A stretch of DNA of 64,000 nt from Haliotis cracherodii (lineage: Eukaryota): contig NW_027266319.1 of NCBI RefSeq assembly GCF_022045235.1, positions 26,784,001-26,848,000 on the forward strand. Direction: 5' to 3'. The position numbers and the translations under genes are program-made. The notes beneath the pieces were generated by a model. It did no database searches, was not told the DNA's origin, and was given only the letters and a program-made list of their open reading frames with translations. This document shows positions 47,271 to 59,048 of the stretch, in pieces (positions within the stretch are counted from its first letter, which is position 1; every line of letters begins with the position of its first letter).

Positions 47271-47692
47271 TACATGTATTTCATATCTAATAGGCATTTG
47301 GGTGAGAAAGGGGACGTTAAATTATATAGATCTAATTATAATAATTATTTTACGGTGAGAATTTATCGATCAGAGGTCTGGACAGGATCTGTCCCTGGTT
47401 CAATATAACACAGGATTTTTTGTTGTAATACATTCACAGTGCGAAAAAGCGACAGAAATCACGAGAAATAAAATAATGATGCCAGATACGCCACTAAATC
47501 TATAATCAGATTAATGTTGGATGGAACAATCTAGAAGGAGCATTTAATTTACACATTTCGGAAAAGTTTTCCCGTCCGTCTTTTAAGCCATGTGCGTACA
47601 CCAGTGCTATCAGACACGGGAGTGTGTTGATCAAAACTGAATATATTTTCGTTTGTTGTTAAAACTTGTAAACAGCTCAATCGGACGGGAGG

Positions 47693-50278
47693 ATGTCCTA
47701 CTGCAGACAGGAGGGTAGGTGTCATGAAAACTGTCAAATAAATGCAACTAGCGTGTATTGTTGGGTCGACAGCACTCCTATCTCGGATCTCGTCTCCTCA
47801 GTCATCTCGGCGTGCTGGTCTGTTGCCCTTCAAAGTCGGGGTTTTCGATGGGCATCCATTCCTAATAACTGTTAAATATTAATCTGTTGGGGCAGATATA
47901 TTACGCCCGAAGGCTATAGATATGTGGTCATATAATGTCACCTTTTCAAGATTTCATCAGCCATGAGTTTACATAATATTTGAGCGAAACGTAAATTGCG
48001 GGTGGTTAATCAAAAAGGTGGATTTGCATTTTTGTCCAGTGTGTGATCTTGAAAACTACGTGAGTACACACACTGTCACGCATTTGGTTTGTCATTGGTT
48101 TGTGTAGGTTAACTGGAAAATATGATTTGTTAATGAAGAATGCATTACACACATGCATTGTCCTTAGGGCATTAAACATTCAGGTGCTCTAACATGTCCC
48201 AGAAAAGCTAAATTGCAGCTAGGCTTTTGTTTCTATGTACATGTTGTGTATGCACAATATACTTATAATATGTATCATGATGTATATATCTAAGTATTTG
48301 TATATACATGATACTTGCGTTAGGACTTCAAAGTCTATATTTTATTTGTATTTAATCATGGTCATGATGGTAAACATATTATACATGCATTACTTTGGAG
48401 TTTAAGTCATGATAGGCTGAAAGATTTATTTAGGATGAAGTAGACCCAACCGCACTCACATGGTCAGATATAGAGGGATCAGTTTGGTACTAAACTTGAA
48501 GATGCGATATTTCCTCAAATAAGAATCCCATCACTTATCTTCCAAACCCTGAGCTTTTGTTTTTGCCAGGGAAGAGTAATTTATATACAGCATTTATTAT
48601 GGACCCATCTCTTATTGTGTTGTACGCTGCTTTGAACCCGGAGCGCATTGGAGTCCGGCACCTGTTGGTACTAGTGCTTATTAGAGGACATGTGGTATTC
48701 TTAATCTTTGTGGATTGGGAGTGAGTGAATTGTCAGCAGTCACGATAACCTGAACCAGGCAAGTAGTATTGCTGTGTTTCTTCCCATAACCATGGCAACA
48801 TGACATCGTACAACACACTGGTTTATGTCTGTTTCAGGAAAGGACCAGATAATCTTTGCTACCAAAGAGGACCTGGATCAGCCAAGCTCTGCATTGATCC
48901 AAGTAGAGGAGGAAGAGGAACCAGGTACAGCAGACATACATACAGCAACTGTACAGACATACCTTTTATGTACAGGCACACATGTACACACGTACAGACA
49001 AGCAACATTTACAGACACACGTACAAACAAGCTGACATTTACACACATACCTTTTACATACAGGCAAGCGACATATACACACATACCTTTTACATTCAGA
49101 CACATGTACAGACAAGCGACATTTACAGACATACCTTTTATGTTCAGACACACATACAGACAAGAGACATTTACAGACACAGACAAACAAGCTGACATTT
49201 ACACACATACCTTATACATAGAGACAAGCGACATTTACACACATACCTTTTACATAGAGACACACATACAGACAAGCAGTATTTACAGACACACGTACAA
49301 ACAAACTGACATTTACACACATACCTTTTACATTCAGACACACATACAGACAAGCGACATTTATACACACCTTTTACGTTAAGACACACATACAGACAAG
49401 CAACATTTACACATATACTTTTTACGTACAGAGGTAATAGTCTGTCCCTAAGCAATTAGGTTAAACATGTGGTCTCTAGCCAGTGTATATGTGTCTTGTA
49501 GGTTAAATAATTGGTATCTAACCAGTGTGTCTTGTAGGTTAAATAATTGGTCTCTAACCAGTGTATGCATCTTGTAGGTAAAATAATTGGTCTCTAACTT
49601 GTCCATGAACCCGTGAAGACTTGGGGAAGAATAGATCTTCAGCAACCCATGCTTGCCGGAAAAGGTGACTTTGCTTGTCGTAAAAGGCAACTAATGGGAA
49701 CATGTGTCTTGCAGGTTTAATAGTTGTTCCTAACCATTCCATGTGTCGTGCAGGTTTAATAGTCTGTCCGTTACCAGCCCATGTGTCTTGCAGGATTAAT
49801 AGTAGGTCCCAAACTAGTCCATGTGTCTTGCAGGTTTAATAGTCGGCACCTAATCAGTCCATGCGTCTTGCAGATATAATAGTTGTTTCTAACCAGTCCA
49901 TGTGTCTTGAAGGTTTAAAAGTAGGTCCCTAACCCGTTCATGTGTCTTTCAGGTTTGATCCTACCCAACGGAGACATCAACTGGAACTGCCCATGCCTTG
50001 GGGGGATGGCGAGTGGTCCGTGCGGTGTCCCCTTCAGGGAGGCGTTCTCCTGCTTCCACTACAGCGAGGCCGACCCCAAGGGGTCCGACTGCTACCAACA
50101 GTTCCGCTCCATGCAGGACTGCATGACCAGCTACCCTGAACTTTACCCTTCCAAGGACGACGACGAAGAGGAAGCCGATAATGAGAACAAATTGAACAAT
50201 GAGGAAACTAAAACCGACTCTTTAGAGTCTCTTACAGTAGCAAATACTGATAAGAAAACAGAAAAAGAATCTTCATGA
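47693..50278 (+). CDS. CHCHD4: Mitochondrial intermembrane space import and assembly protein 40, about 144 aa; exons 47693-47714, 48838-48924, 49953-50278
   Basis: [20 protein letters not shown]-terminus; [25 protein letters not shown] with the CPC motif and twin CX9C; acidic tail. Two phase-1 GT-AG introns. Confidence 0.97.
48927..49430. repeat. AC-rich degenerate minisatellite at the start of CHCHD4 intron 2
   Basis: Recurrent ACATACAGACAAGCGACATTTACACACATACCTTTTAC. Confidence 0.85.
49431..49952. repeat. About 40-bp tandem repeat containing the CHCHD4 exon-3 acceptor; interrupted by a family A 5' fragment (49609-49698)
   Basis: Unit CCTAACCAGTCCATGTGTCTTGCAGGTTTAATAGT...; the last unit supplies the real acceptor. 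Confidence 0.85.
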
Positions 50279-51433
50279 CATTAATACATTTATGTATAGG
50301 TAAATCTTCGTCTTTACTTTTGTAATGATCATGTTTCTACCATGATTTTGGAAATAATATGTTAATTATCATATTAATGAATCAGTGGTTGATCCTATAA
50401 TAGGGTTAGGGGGTTGGGTGTTCCTTGTCAACAATTCGGGAAGTTTTACACCACCCAAACCCCTTCAAAACATCCTGGATCTACAGAAATAAATTATGAT
50501 AATTAACAGCGCTACTGAGAGAATCAAATGCTGACACAGGAGATCACCATATGTGTGAATGAGTCAGCCATTTTTCTTAAGCTATCACTACAGCTTGACC
50601 GAACATTAGAAGATGGACGTAGATGTGTAAAGGGGTGTGTGTGTGTGTGTGATGTTCGTGCTGGGTACGTCTTCCCGAGGCAAGAGTGTCCACTAGCCTA
50701 TATCTTAGCCTTGTTTCCACCCTTGCCATTTCAAGCCTGTTTTTTACATCTATCGTGGCGCCACCCCGTGTAGAACACGAGTTGTGACCCTTGTGCTTAG
50801 ATCGGTTGTTATTTCAAATGGCTTCACAAAGATGGCTACCATAGCAGACGACCTGGTTGGTCAGATAACGAAAAGATTCAAGATTATTACTTGATCATTT
50901 TTTCTTTCAATGATAGACGCATACAGACTACACAGTATCAAGTAACCATGGTAACACTGCACATTGCTGTAACATGAAATGCCCAGCAAGGTTTATCAAA
51001 AAATGGCACTTCAGTTCAAGTTAAAAAAACGGTGAAGTTTGCATTGAAATATATAAGTACTAGAGCGAATTGATTGAAAACTTTCAACCACTTAGAAAAT
51101 ATTTTCCTTCGCTTAATTTATGGAATAAATTCAGTGCAAATTCGACTGGCCATAGCAGCGACCTTGTTTTCGGAACCAGATGTTGATGTAAAATGTTCCC
51201 TGATTGGAATATCAGTATGTGCGATAGTCCTCTCAAAACTAGGCTTTGATTGAAGCTTCTGGACGCTCTTGCCTCGGAAAGATGTGCAGGATATGAAGGA
51301 GCAGAGGATGGAGTCACTGTTGCTGCTCAAACACTAAATTATGAGGTTGAAGCTTTATAGGTATTCATTTTCTGTTTTATACTCCATTTCCAAACCATTT
51401 CAACTGACCTCTGCTTCCAGGAGTCCTTACAGT

Positions 51434-51668
51434 GAAGTATATACCCATGATGTGTTTGTGTAGAAGGAGGGCATTAGCTGGATAATACAAAGCTAAGTAT
51501 ATACCCATGATGTGTTTGTGTAGAAGGAGGACATCAGCTGGATAATACAAAGCTAAGTATATACCCATGATGTGTTTGTGTAGAAGGAGGACATTAGCTG
51601 GATAATACAAAACTAAGTATATACCCATGATGTGTTTGTGTAGAAGGAGGGCATTAGCTGGATAATGC
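51434..51668. repeat. 60-bp minisatellite, about 4 units
   Basis: Unit AAGTATATACCCATGATGTGTTTGTGTAGAAGGAGGACATTAGCTGGATAATACAAAGCT. Confidence 0.9.
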
Positions 51669-51727
51669 AAAGGAGAATAAAACATGTTAAATGAATAATC
51701 CATGTTTTGTTGTGTTCAAAAGAGACT

Positions 51728-52531
51728 TTGTTTGTTTGTTATTTAACTCCTCACTCAGCAATATTTCAGCTACATGACGGCGGTCTGTAAATAATCAAGT
51801 CTTAAACAGACAATCAAGAAACTGACATCATGAGGTTTGATGCACACAATTTGGATCAAGGACTTGCCTCAAGCTAGTCAGCAGAGCCTGACCACCCGAT
51901 TCTGTTAGTCACGGACAAGCCTTTTAAGGCAAGCATGGGTTGCTAAGGACCTATTTAAACCCGTATCTTCACGGGTCCGCTCAGTAAGTAAGTGCAGCGA
52001 TATGACAACAGTCTGTAAATAAGTCTAACCAACCAATCCAATGAATGAGATCATGAGTATCGACCCACGCCTTTAGTATATGATGACATGCATTAACAAT
52101 GTCAGCTAGCCTGACCACTGGATGCTGTTAGTTGCCTCATAGAATAAAGATGGCTCGCTGAGAACCAAGACGGGAACCTACCAAGTTGATCTCATGTCAT
52201 CTGGTATGACAAGCATTGGTTGCAGGGGACGAATTGTAACCCAGAATCCCTACAGATTTAGACCATTACTGCACTGTAGCTAATTGTTCCTGTAGGATTT
52301 CACAGGTACTGCAGTCCTTGTCTGGTTGGTTGGTTGGTTGGTATGTTGTTTTAAGCCACACTCAGCAATATTCCAGCTATATGACTGCGGTCTGTAAATA
52401 ATCGAGTCTGGACCAGACAATCCCGTGATTGACATCACGAGCATTGATCCAGGCAAATTTGGATCGATGACATGCATCAACCAATCACCAATCAGCGAGC
52501 CTGACCACCCGATCCCGTTAGTCGCCTCTTA
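51728..52531 (-). mobile_element. Cluster of three family A copies (51728-51976, about 51980-52245, 52322-52531)
   Basis: Body motif occurs three times; the first ends TCTTCACGGGT. Confidence 0.8.
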
Positions 52532-52532
52532 C

Positions 52533-53676
52533 CCCACACAGGTACAATCAGCCACAGGGTACTGCAGACCTTGTCTGACCTGGATACCCAAACAGGTACA
52601 ATCAGTCACAAGGTACTGCAGACCTTGTCTGACCTGGATACCCACACAGGTACAATCAGTCACAAGGTACTGCAGACCTTGTCTGACCTGGATACCCAAA
52701 CAGGTACAATCAGTCACAGAGTACTGTAGACCTTGTCTGACCTGAATACCCACACAGGTACAATCAGTCACAGGGTACTGCAGACCTTGTCTGACCTGGA
52801 TACCCACACAGGTACAATCAGTCACAGGGTAGTGTACACCTTGTCTGACCCGGATACCCACACAGGTACAATCAGTCACATGGTACTGCAGACCTTGTCT
52901 GACCTATATACCCCACACAGGTACAATCAGTCACAGGGTACTGCAGACCTTGTCTGACCTGAATACCCACACAGGTACAATCAGTCACGGGGAACTGTAG
53001 ATCTTCTCTGACCTGAATACCCACACAGGTACAATCAGTCACAGGGTACTGTAGACCTTGTCTGACCTGTATACCCACACAGGTACAATCAGTCACAGGG
53101 TACTGCTGACCTGAATACCCACACAGGTACAATCAGTCACAGGGTACTGCAGGCCTTGTCTGACCTGGATACCCCACACAGGTACAATCAGTCACATGGT
53201 ACTGCAGACCTTGTCTGACCTGAATACCCACACTTGTACAATCAGTCACAGGGTACTACTGACCTGAATACCCACACAAGTACAATCAGTCACAGGGTAC
53301 TGCTGACCTGAATACCCACACAGGCACAATCAGTCACAGGGTACTGCAGGCCTTGTCTGACCTGGATACCCCACACAGGTACAATCAGTCACATGGTACT
53401 GCAGACCTTGTCTGACCTGAATACCCACACTTGTACAATCAGTCACAGGGTACTGTAGACCTTGTCTGACCTGGATACCCACACAAGTACAATCAGTCAC
53501 TAGGTACTGTAGACCTTGTCTGACCTGAATACCCACATAAGAACAGTCAGTCACAGGGTACTGTAGATCTTGTCTGACCTGAATACCCACATAAGTACAA
53601 TCAGTCACAGGGCACTGCAGACCTTGTCTGACCTGGATACCCACACAGGTACAATCAGTCATAGGGTACTGCAGAC
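52533..53676. repeat. 54-bp minisatellite, about 21 units
   Basis: Unit CCACACAGGTACAATCAGTCACAGGGTACTGCAGACCTTGTCTGACCTGGATAC. Confidence 0.95.
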
Positions 53677-54469
53677 CAGCCACTCACTCCTCTGACGTAA
53701 AATATAGTTTTAGGATGTTTCGGCTATTCGTTTCATGACCTCTGATGAATCTAATTGCCGTGCATGCATTATGACAGAAAGAAGTCGACATCCCTTGAGA
53801 TGGAATGTTACTTTATATATTCCTGTTCCGGCGATTAAAATGGAGCTAATATTTATTGGCCGCCGTGGTGTAGTTTTAATATTGGTGATTGCGGTGTGAG
53901 TATCCTTCACTCACTCATCAGTAGTTATTGACCATGGCCCCGTTCCCACAAAGTGAACTCAAACTACAATTGTAAATCTTTGTTAAACTATGGGAGTTAC
54001 GATCGTCTTGGCGCTTCGATCGTTTTGTGGTCCAGTCTGCACACACATCGTCGAGATTCATTATAGTTTAACGTTGATTCGTGACAAACATAAGACCCCT
54101 TTGTGATAAAGGGCCAGACCTGAAAATCTCATTTTTGTTTGTTATATAACCTTATATTTTTATTACGATATAGTGTGGCAAAACATTCCCCCAAAACTCG
54201 TGGTACGTGTTTTTTTAGATATGCCAGGCATACGCCTCCCTAAATACCTTTTCTGATTTCATTCCATCAATAAATACACATATAATCATTAGTACAAAGC
54301 ACAGTGAGAATGCATGTGTTTTACGCAGCAAACTTGTCCAGGGACCCGTTCGACAAAACTTATGCTAAAGCATGGGAGTTACGATCCCCTCAGTGCTAAG
54401 AGCGCTTTGTGGAACGGACCCCAGATCACACGTTATGACCACCCGATCCCCAGTTTAGCCACAGACTGG

Positions 54470-54717
54470 TTTGTATTTTGTTAGCGCCGCAATATTCCAG
54501 CTATATGACGGCTGTCTGTAAATAATCGAGTCTGGACCAGACAATCCAGTGATATTATGAGCATTGATCTATGCAATTGGGTTACGATGAAATGCATCAA
54601 CCAAGTCAGCAAGCCTGACCACCCGATCCCGTTAGTCGCCTCTTACGACAAGCATAGTCGCCTTTTATGGCAAGCATGGGTTGCTGAAGACCTATTCTAC
54701 CCCGGATCGTCACAGGT
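54470..54717 (-). mobile_element. Retroposon family A
   Basis: Intact duplicated-hairpin 5' motif. Confidence 0.88.
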
Positions 54718-55509
54718 ACTGGTACAATTGGACACACTCCTCTATACAGCTGTAATTTTAAAAAAACGTTTGGGGTTGCGTTAAAATAAATTGCAGTATA
54801 TATTCTACCCGGAATAACAAACGGTGTTATACACAAATATCACCTGTTTGTCTGACATATCCTTATCTCTAGCGTCCACGGGCAACAGGCAATGGAATAT
54901 TTTATAAGCCCCTCGCAGCTCGCGATGGGTCAAGACATAGATAAGATAAGTGTACGTTGAGCCACGCACCTGTCACACGGGGACCAACTCACCTGCTCAG
55001 GTAACTCAGATAACTTATGTTTGTCTCTCATACCCAGAAACTTGAGAATGTTTATTGATAATTAACAAAACCCACGACGCTTCTCCCTGTAATGACATTA
55101 TACCCTAAAGAACTATATTCAGAAATATACGCAAACTAACCCTACCCACATTCTTAATTAGGTCACTCCTTGGTATAATGTTCATGTTAATACTGTTCTA
55201 CTGACTACGTGACTGTGTATGTATAACTGCGAGTGTCCTAAAGATCATGTCATTCAGGGTCGTTTGAAATAAAATATTCATATTACATATTAACTGCGTG
55301 GAAGACGGTGTCAGACTTTGTACGGTAGAGTGAATTATAGCTGAATGCAAACTTGAGTAGCCTTGCGCAAAACTGAAGGTCCCTTCGGGTCTGCAAGTGG
55401 TTGTGACGCTGCCTTATCAGCTTTCTCTAGTTCTATTTTGTATGCCATTCTAACACTGAAAAAATACCATCACTTCATAAAGTCATTGTATAGTTTCAAC
55501 AAGGTACTG

Positions 55510-55690
55510 AAGTGAGGTGAAATAGGATTTAACGTCGCGTTCAAGACTATTGGACTTATACAGTGACGTGTGTGTGTCTGTGTGTATGTGGCAGGGTAGC
55601 CATATTTTTGGTAAGAAGCGACTGGGGATCGAACCGTCGATCTTCCGCTCTCCGGGCATACGCTCCCTCCACTAGACCACGGAGGCGGTC
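55510..55690 (-). mobile_element. SINE family D-related copy, head and tail only
   Basis: Minus-strand tRNA head CCTCCGTGGTCTAGTGG...GGTTCGATCCCC and tail GCGACGTTAAATCC..TTCACCTCAC. Confidence 0.7.
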
Positions 55691-56317
55691 CTACAAGGTA
55701 CTAAGGGATTGACTATTTAATGTTGCAGGGAAGATCTGGGATTTTTGTCTGAACGGGTTTTTGTTCAGTAAGTGCTTCAGAAACATTCTTTCTCCCTCCT
55801 TTCTCCAAGAGAACCAACCAATTTGGGGGGACGCACAATACAGTATTTTCAGAACACCCAGACCCTAATAACAACGCCTAGATATATGCCATAAATCAAC
55901 GACAGACCTTGGCATATAGCCCCAATTTAAAACTTGAACTTGAACTAAATATGACATACAAATGCTGGGTGAGGGCACTGCCTTGATGCTAATGTATGAT
56001 TTCATGTATTGTAAAACGTTTTTGTGTTATAATGAATTGATTGTTATGTGTTGATGTCAAGGTTGGCGCACTATCGCTGTTGTTGACTTCAAATCATATA
56101 GACGCTTGGTTTTCAGTGCTTATCTTTTGCCAGTAGATCTGGACAGAGGATCAGTTTAGGCAAGTTTAGGAGATTAACAGTACGCATATCACAGGACGGT
56201 CCACAGTGTTGTCTCTCAGCGATAACAGCTGGGGTCCATGAAGAATACATCTCGAGGTCTCCAGTCTCATCAGCGCCAGCAGGACACACAGTGAAGGTAA
56301 ACTACATCGAGCTGAAG

Positions 56318-58524
56318 ATGTCCACGTTAAAAGAACTGTGCATGGGACTACCGTTACACCCGCTCCCTGAACGCCGCGACAGGGACGACTCGGTCCCCCA
56401 CGCCCCCATCCGTACCCCCAGTCTCACCGTGGAGGACCAGAGGGTATGTATAGACACGTGCGGCCTTTGGTCTGACTCGTGGAGTGCACTGAGATTCTAG
56501 TTCAGAGTGTGCTAGGCTGGTCACATGTAACTGACCCCGTTAGAAACATTGTATTGCTTAATTCTATTTCGCTATATGAGTCATTATTAAAAAAATAACA
56601 ACATAATTTTAAGATTGAAAAAAATGATTATTTTTTTCTTTTAATGGCTTTTCTCGTTCCAAGATTATTTTGGTTAATAATATAAATGTTGTCATTTTTT
56701 TTATAATGACTCGTATTCTAACTTGATCAAATACATACACGCATGTTCATTGACATGAAACATTTAAAGATTCAGAGTTGTTTTATTGGAAATTATTGTT
56801 TTTAGGCTTATTAAATAAGTATGATACCATGTGTTATATTAACATATTCGGTATTCTGTGAAATAGCACTCATTTAGAATGTAGTTATGACCACCGACAG
56901 TTTCCACTGAAATCTCTGAAAGCTGGTGGACACCAGTAGCAAGTCACCAGTTGAACTCATGGGTGTCAAAGACAGTATTCACTGACGAAAATAATAAACA
57001 ATATCAATATTTTCAAACTGGTTTATATTAGCTATTCTGAAAATGTATTTCATCACTTGAGATTTGTGGTTTGATGAGAATAATATAATATGTTGATAAC
57101 TCAATTTGACTTTTCCTGTGTTGGATGTTTAAAAGCGACCAGACTTTGTCCATAATCATAAGAAATCTCTGTCAAAGGCTTTGCACGATTCCTAGGGTTC
57201 TGATACCTGCTTGCGTATAAGTCACTGATAACCGATTGTGTACGCGTCACTGATAACCGATTGTGTTCGCGTCACTCATGACTGATTGTGTACGCGTCAC
57301 TGATACGTGATTGTGTACAGGTCACTGATAACTGATTGTGTACAAGTCACTGATAACTGATTGTGTACGCGTCGCTGATAACTGGTTATGTACAAGTCAC
57401 TGATAACTGAATGTGTACAAGTCACTGATAACTGATTGTGTACAAGTCGCTGATAACTGATTGTGTACAAGTCGCTGATAACTGATTGTGTACAAGTCAC
57501 CGATAACTGATTGTGTACAAGTCACTGATAACTGATTGTGTACGCGTCGCTGATAACTGGTTATGTACAAGTCACTGATAACTGATTGTGTACAAGTCGC
57601 TGATAACTGATTGTGTACACGTCGCTGATAACTGATTGTGTACAGTTCACCGAGAACTGATTGTGATGACGACATTGATCGTTCGTTGTGTACAAGTCAC
57701 TGAAGATCCGTTGTTAAAAAGTTCAATAACAAATACATTTGATGTCCTATCTAACATAATGTACATATGACCACCATCAAGCTGACATGCCCTGATATAG
57801 AAGTGAAACAATGTTAAAAGCAACTACGACATAACCTTCACAATATGGTTGAACCATCAATCAGTCAAATGGAAACACTTGTTTGTTTGCTTATTGTTTT
57901 ACACCACACACAGCAATATTCAAGGTATATGACGGCGGTGTGTAAATAATCGAGTCTGGATCAGACAATCAAGTGATTGACATCATGAACATCGATCCAT
58001 GAATTAGGATAGATGATATGCAATTAATCAAGTCACCGAGCCTGACCATCCGATCCCTTTTGTCGCCTCTGACGACAAGCATGAGGCTGTTAGGGGTCTA
58101 AATTCTTACCCGGAATCCACGGGCTAATGGTCTGTCTGAACTTAGGTAGACAATTGGTTACTCTAACACAGATTAACGATACGTCGTCAACATGAGTGAG
58201 TGGGTGAGTAAGATTTTACGCTGCTTTTAAGAATATTCAAGCAAATCACGGCGGTGGACACTTATTGAACTCAGACTTTTGTCGTTAACGGTATTTTCGT
58301 CTTTACGAAGAACGTTTAGTGTGTCCTAGCTCCGATGGTGATCTATTACTTTCAGCTGGCACTGGAGAACGCCCTGCGCTACTTCCCCCCGGAATTTCAC
58401 GGGGTGCTTGCCTCCGAGTTCGCCCATGAGCTCCGAGAGTATGGCCACATCTACATGTACCGCTTTAGGCCGGATGTGGAGATGAGGTTAGTCACTTAGT
58501 TGTTGTTGTTATTGTTGTTGTTGT

Positions 58525-58565
<41 letters not shown>

Positions 58566-58620
58566 AAAGTGTTCGCTCGTCAAGCCGAAGGCCCTGGTTC
58601 GAATACCCACATGGGTACAA

Positions 58621-58662
<42 letters not shown>

Positions 58663-58718
58663 AAAGTGTTCGCTCGTCAAGCCGAAGGCCCTGGTTCGAA
58701 TCCCCACATGTTTACAAG

Positions 58719-58765
<47 letters not shown>

Positions 58766-58908
58766 AAAGTGAATCGCTCGTCAAGCCGAAGACCCTCGTT
58801 CGAATACCCACATGGGTACAATGGATGATGAAGATGATGATTAAAGTGTTCGCTCGTCAAGCCGAAGGCCCTGGTTCGAATACCCACATGGGTACAATGG
58901 ATGATGAA

Positions 58909-58951
<43 letters not shown>

Positions 58952-59009
58952 AAAGTTTTCGCTCGTCAAGCCGAAGGCCCTGGTTCGAATCCCCACATGG
59001 GTACAAGGA

Positions 59010-59048
<39 letters not shown>

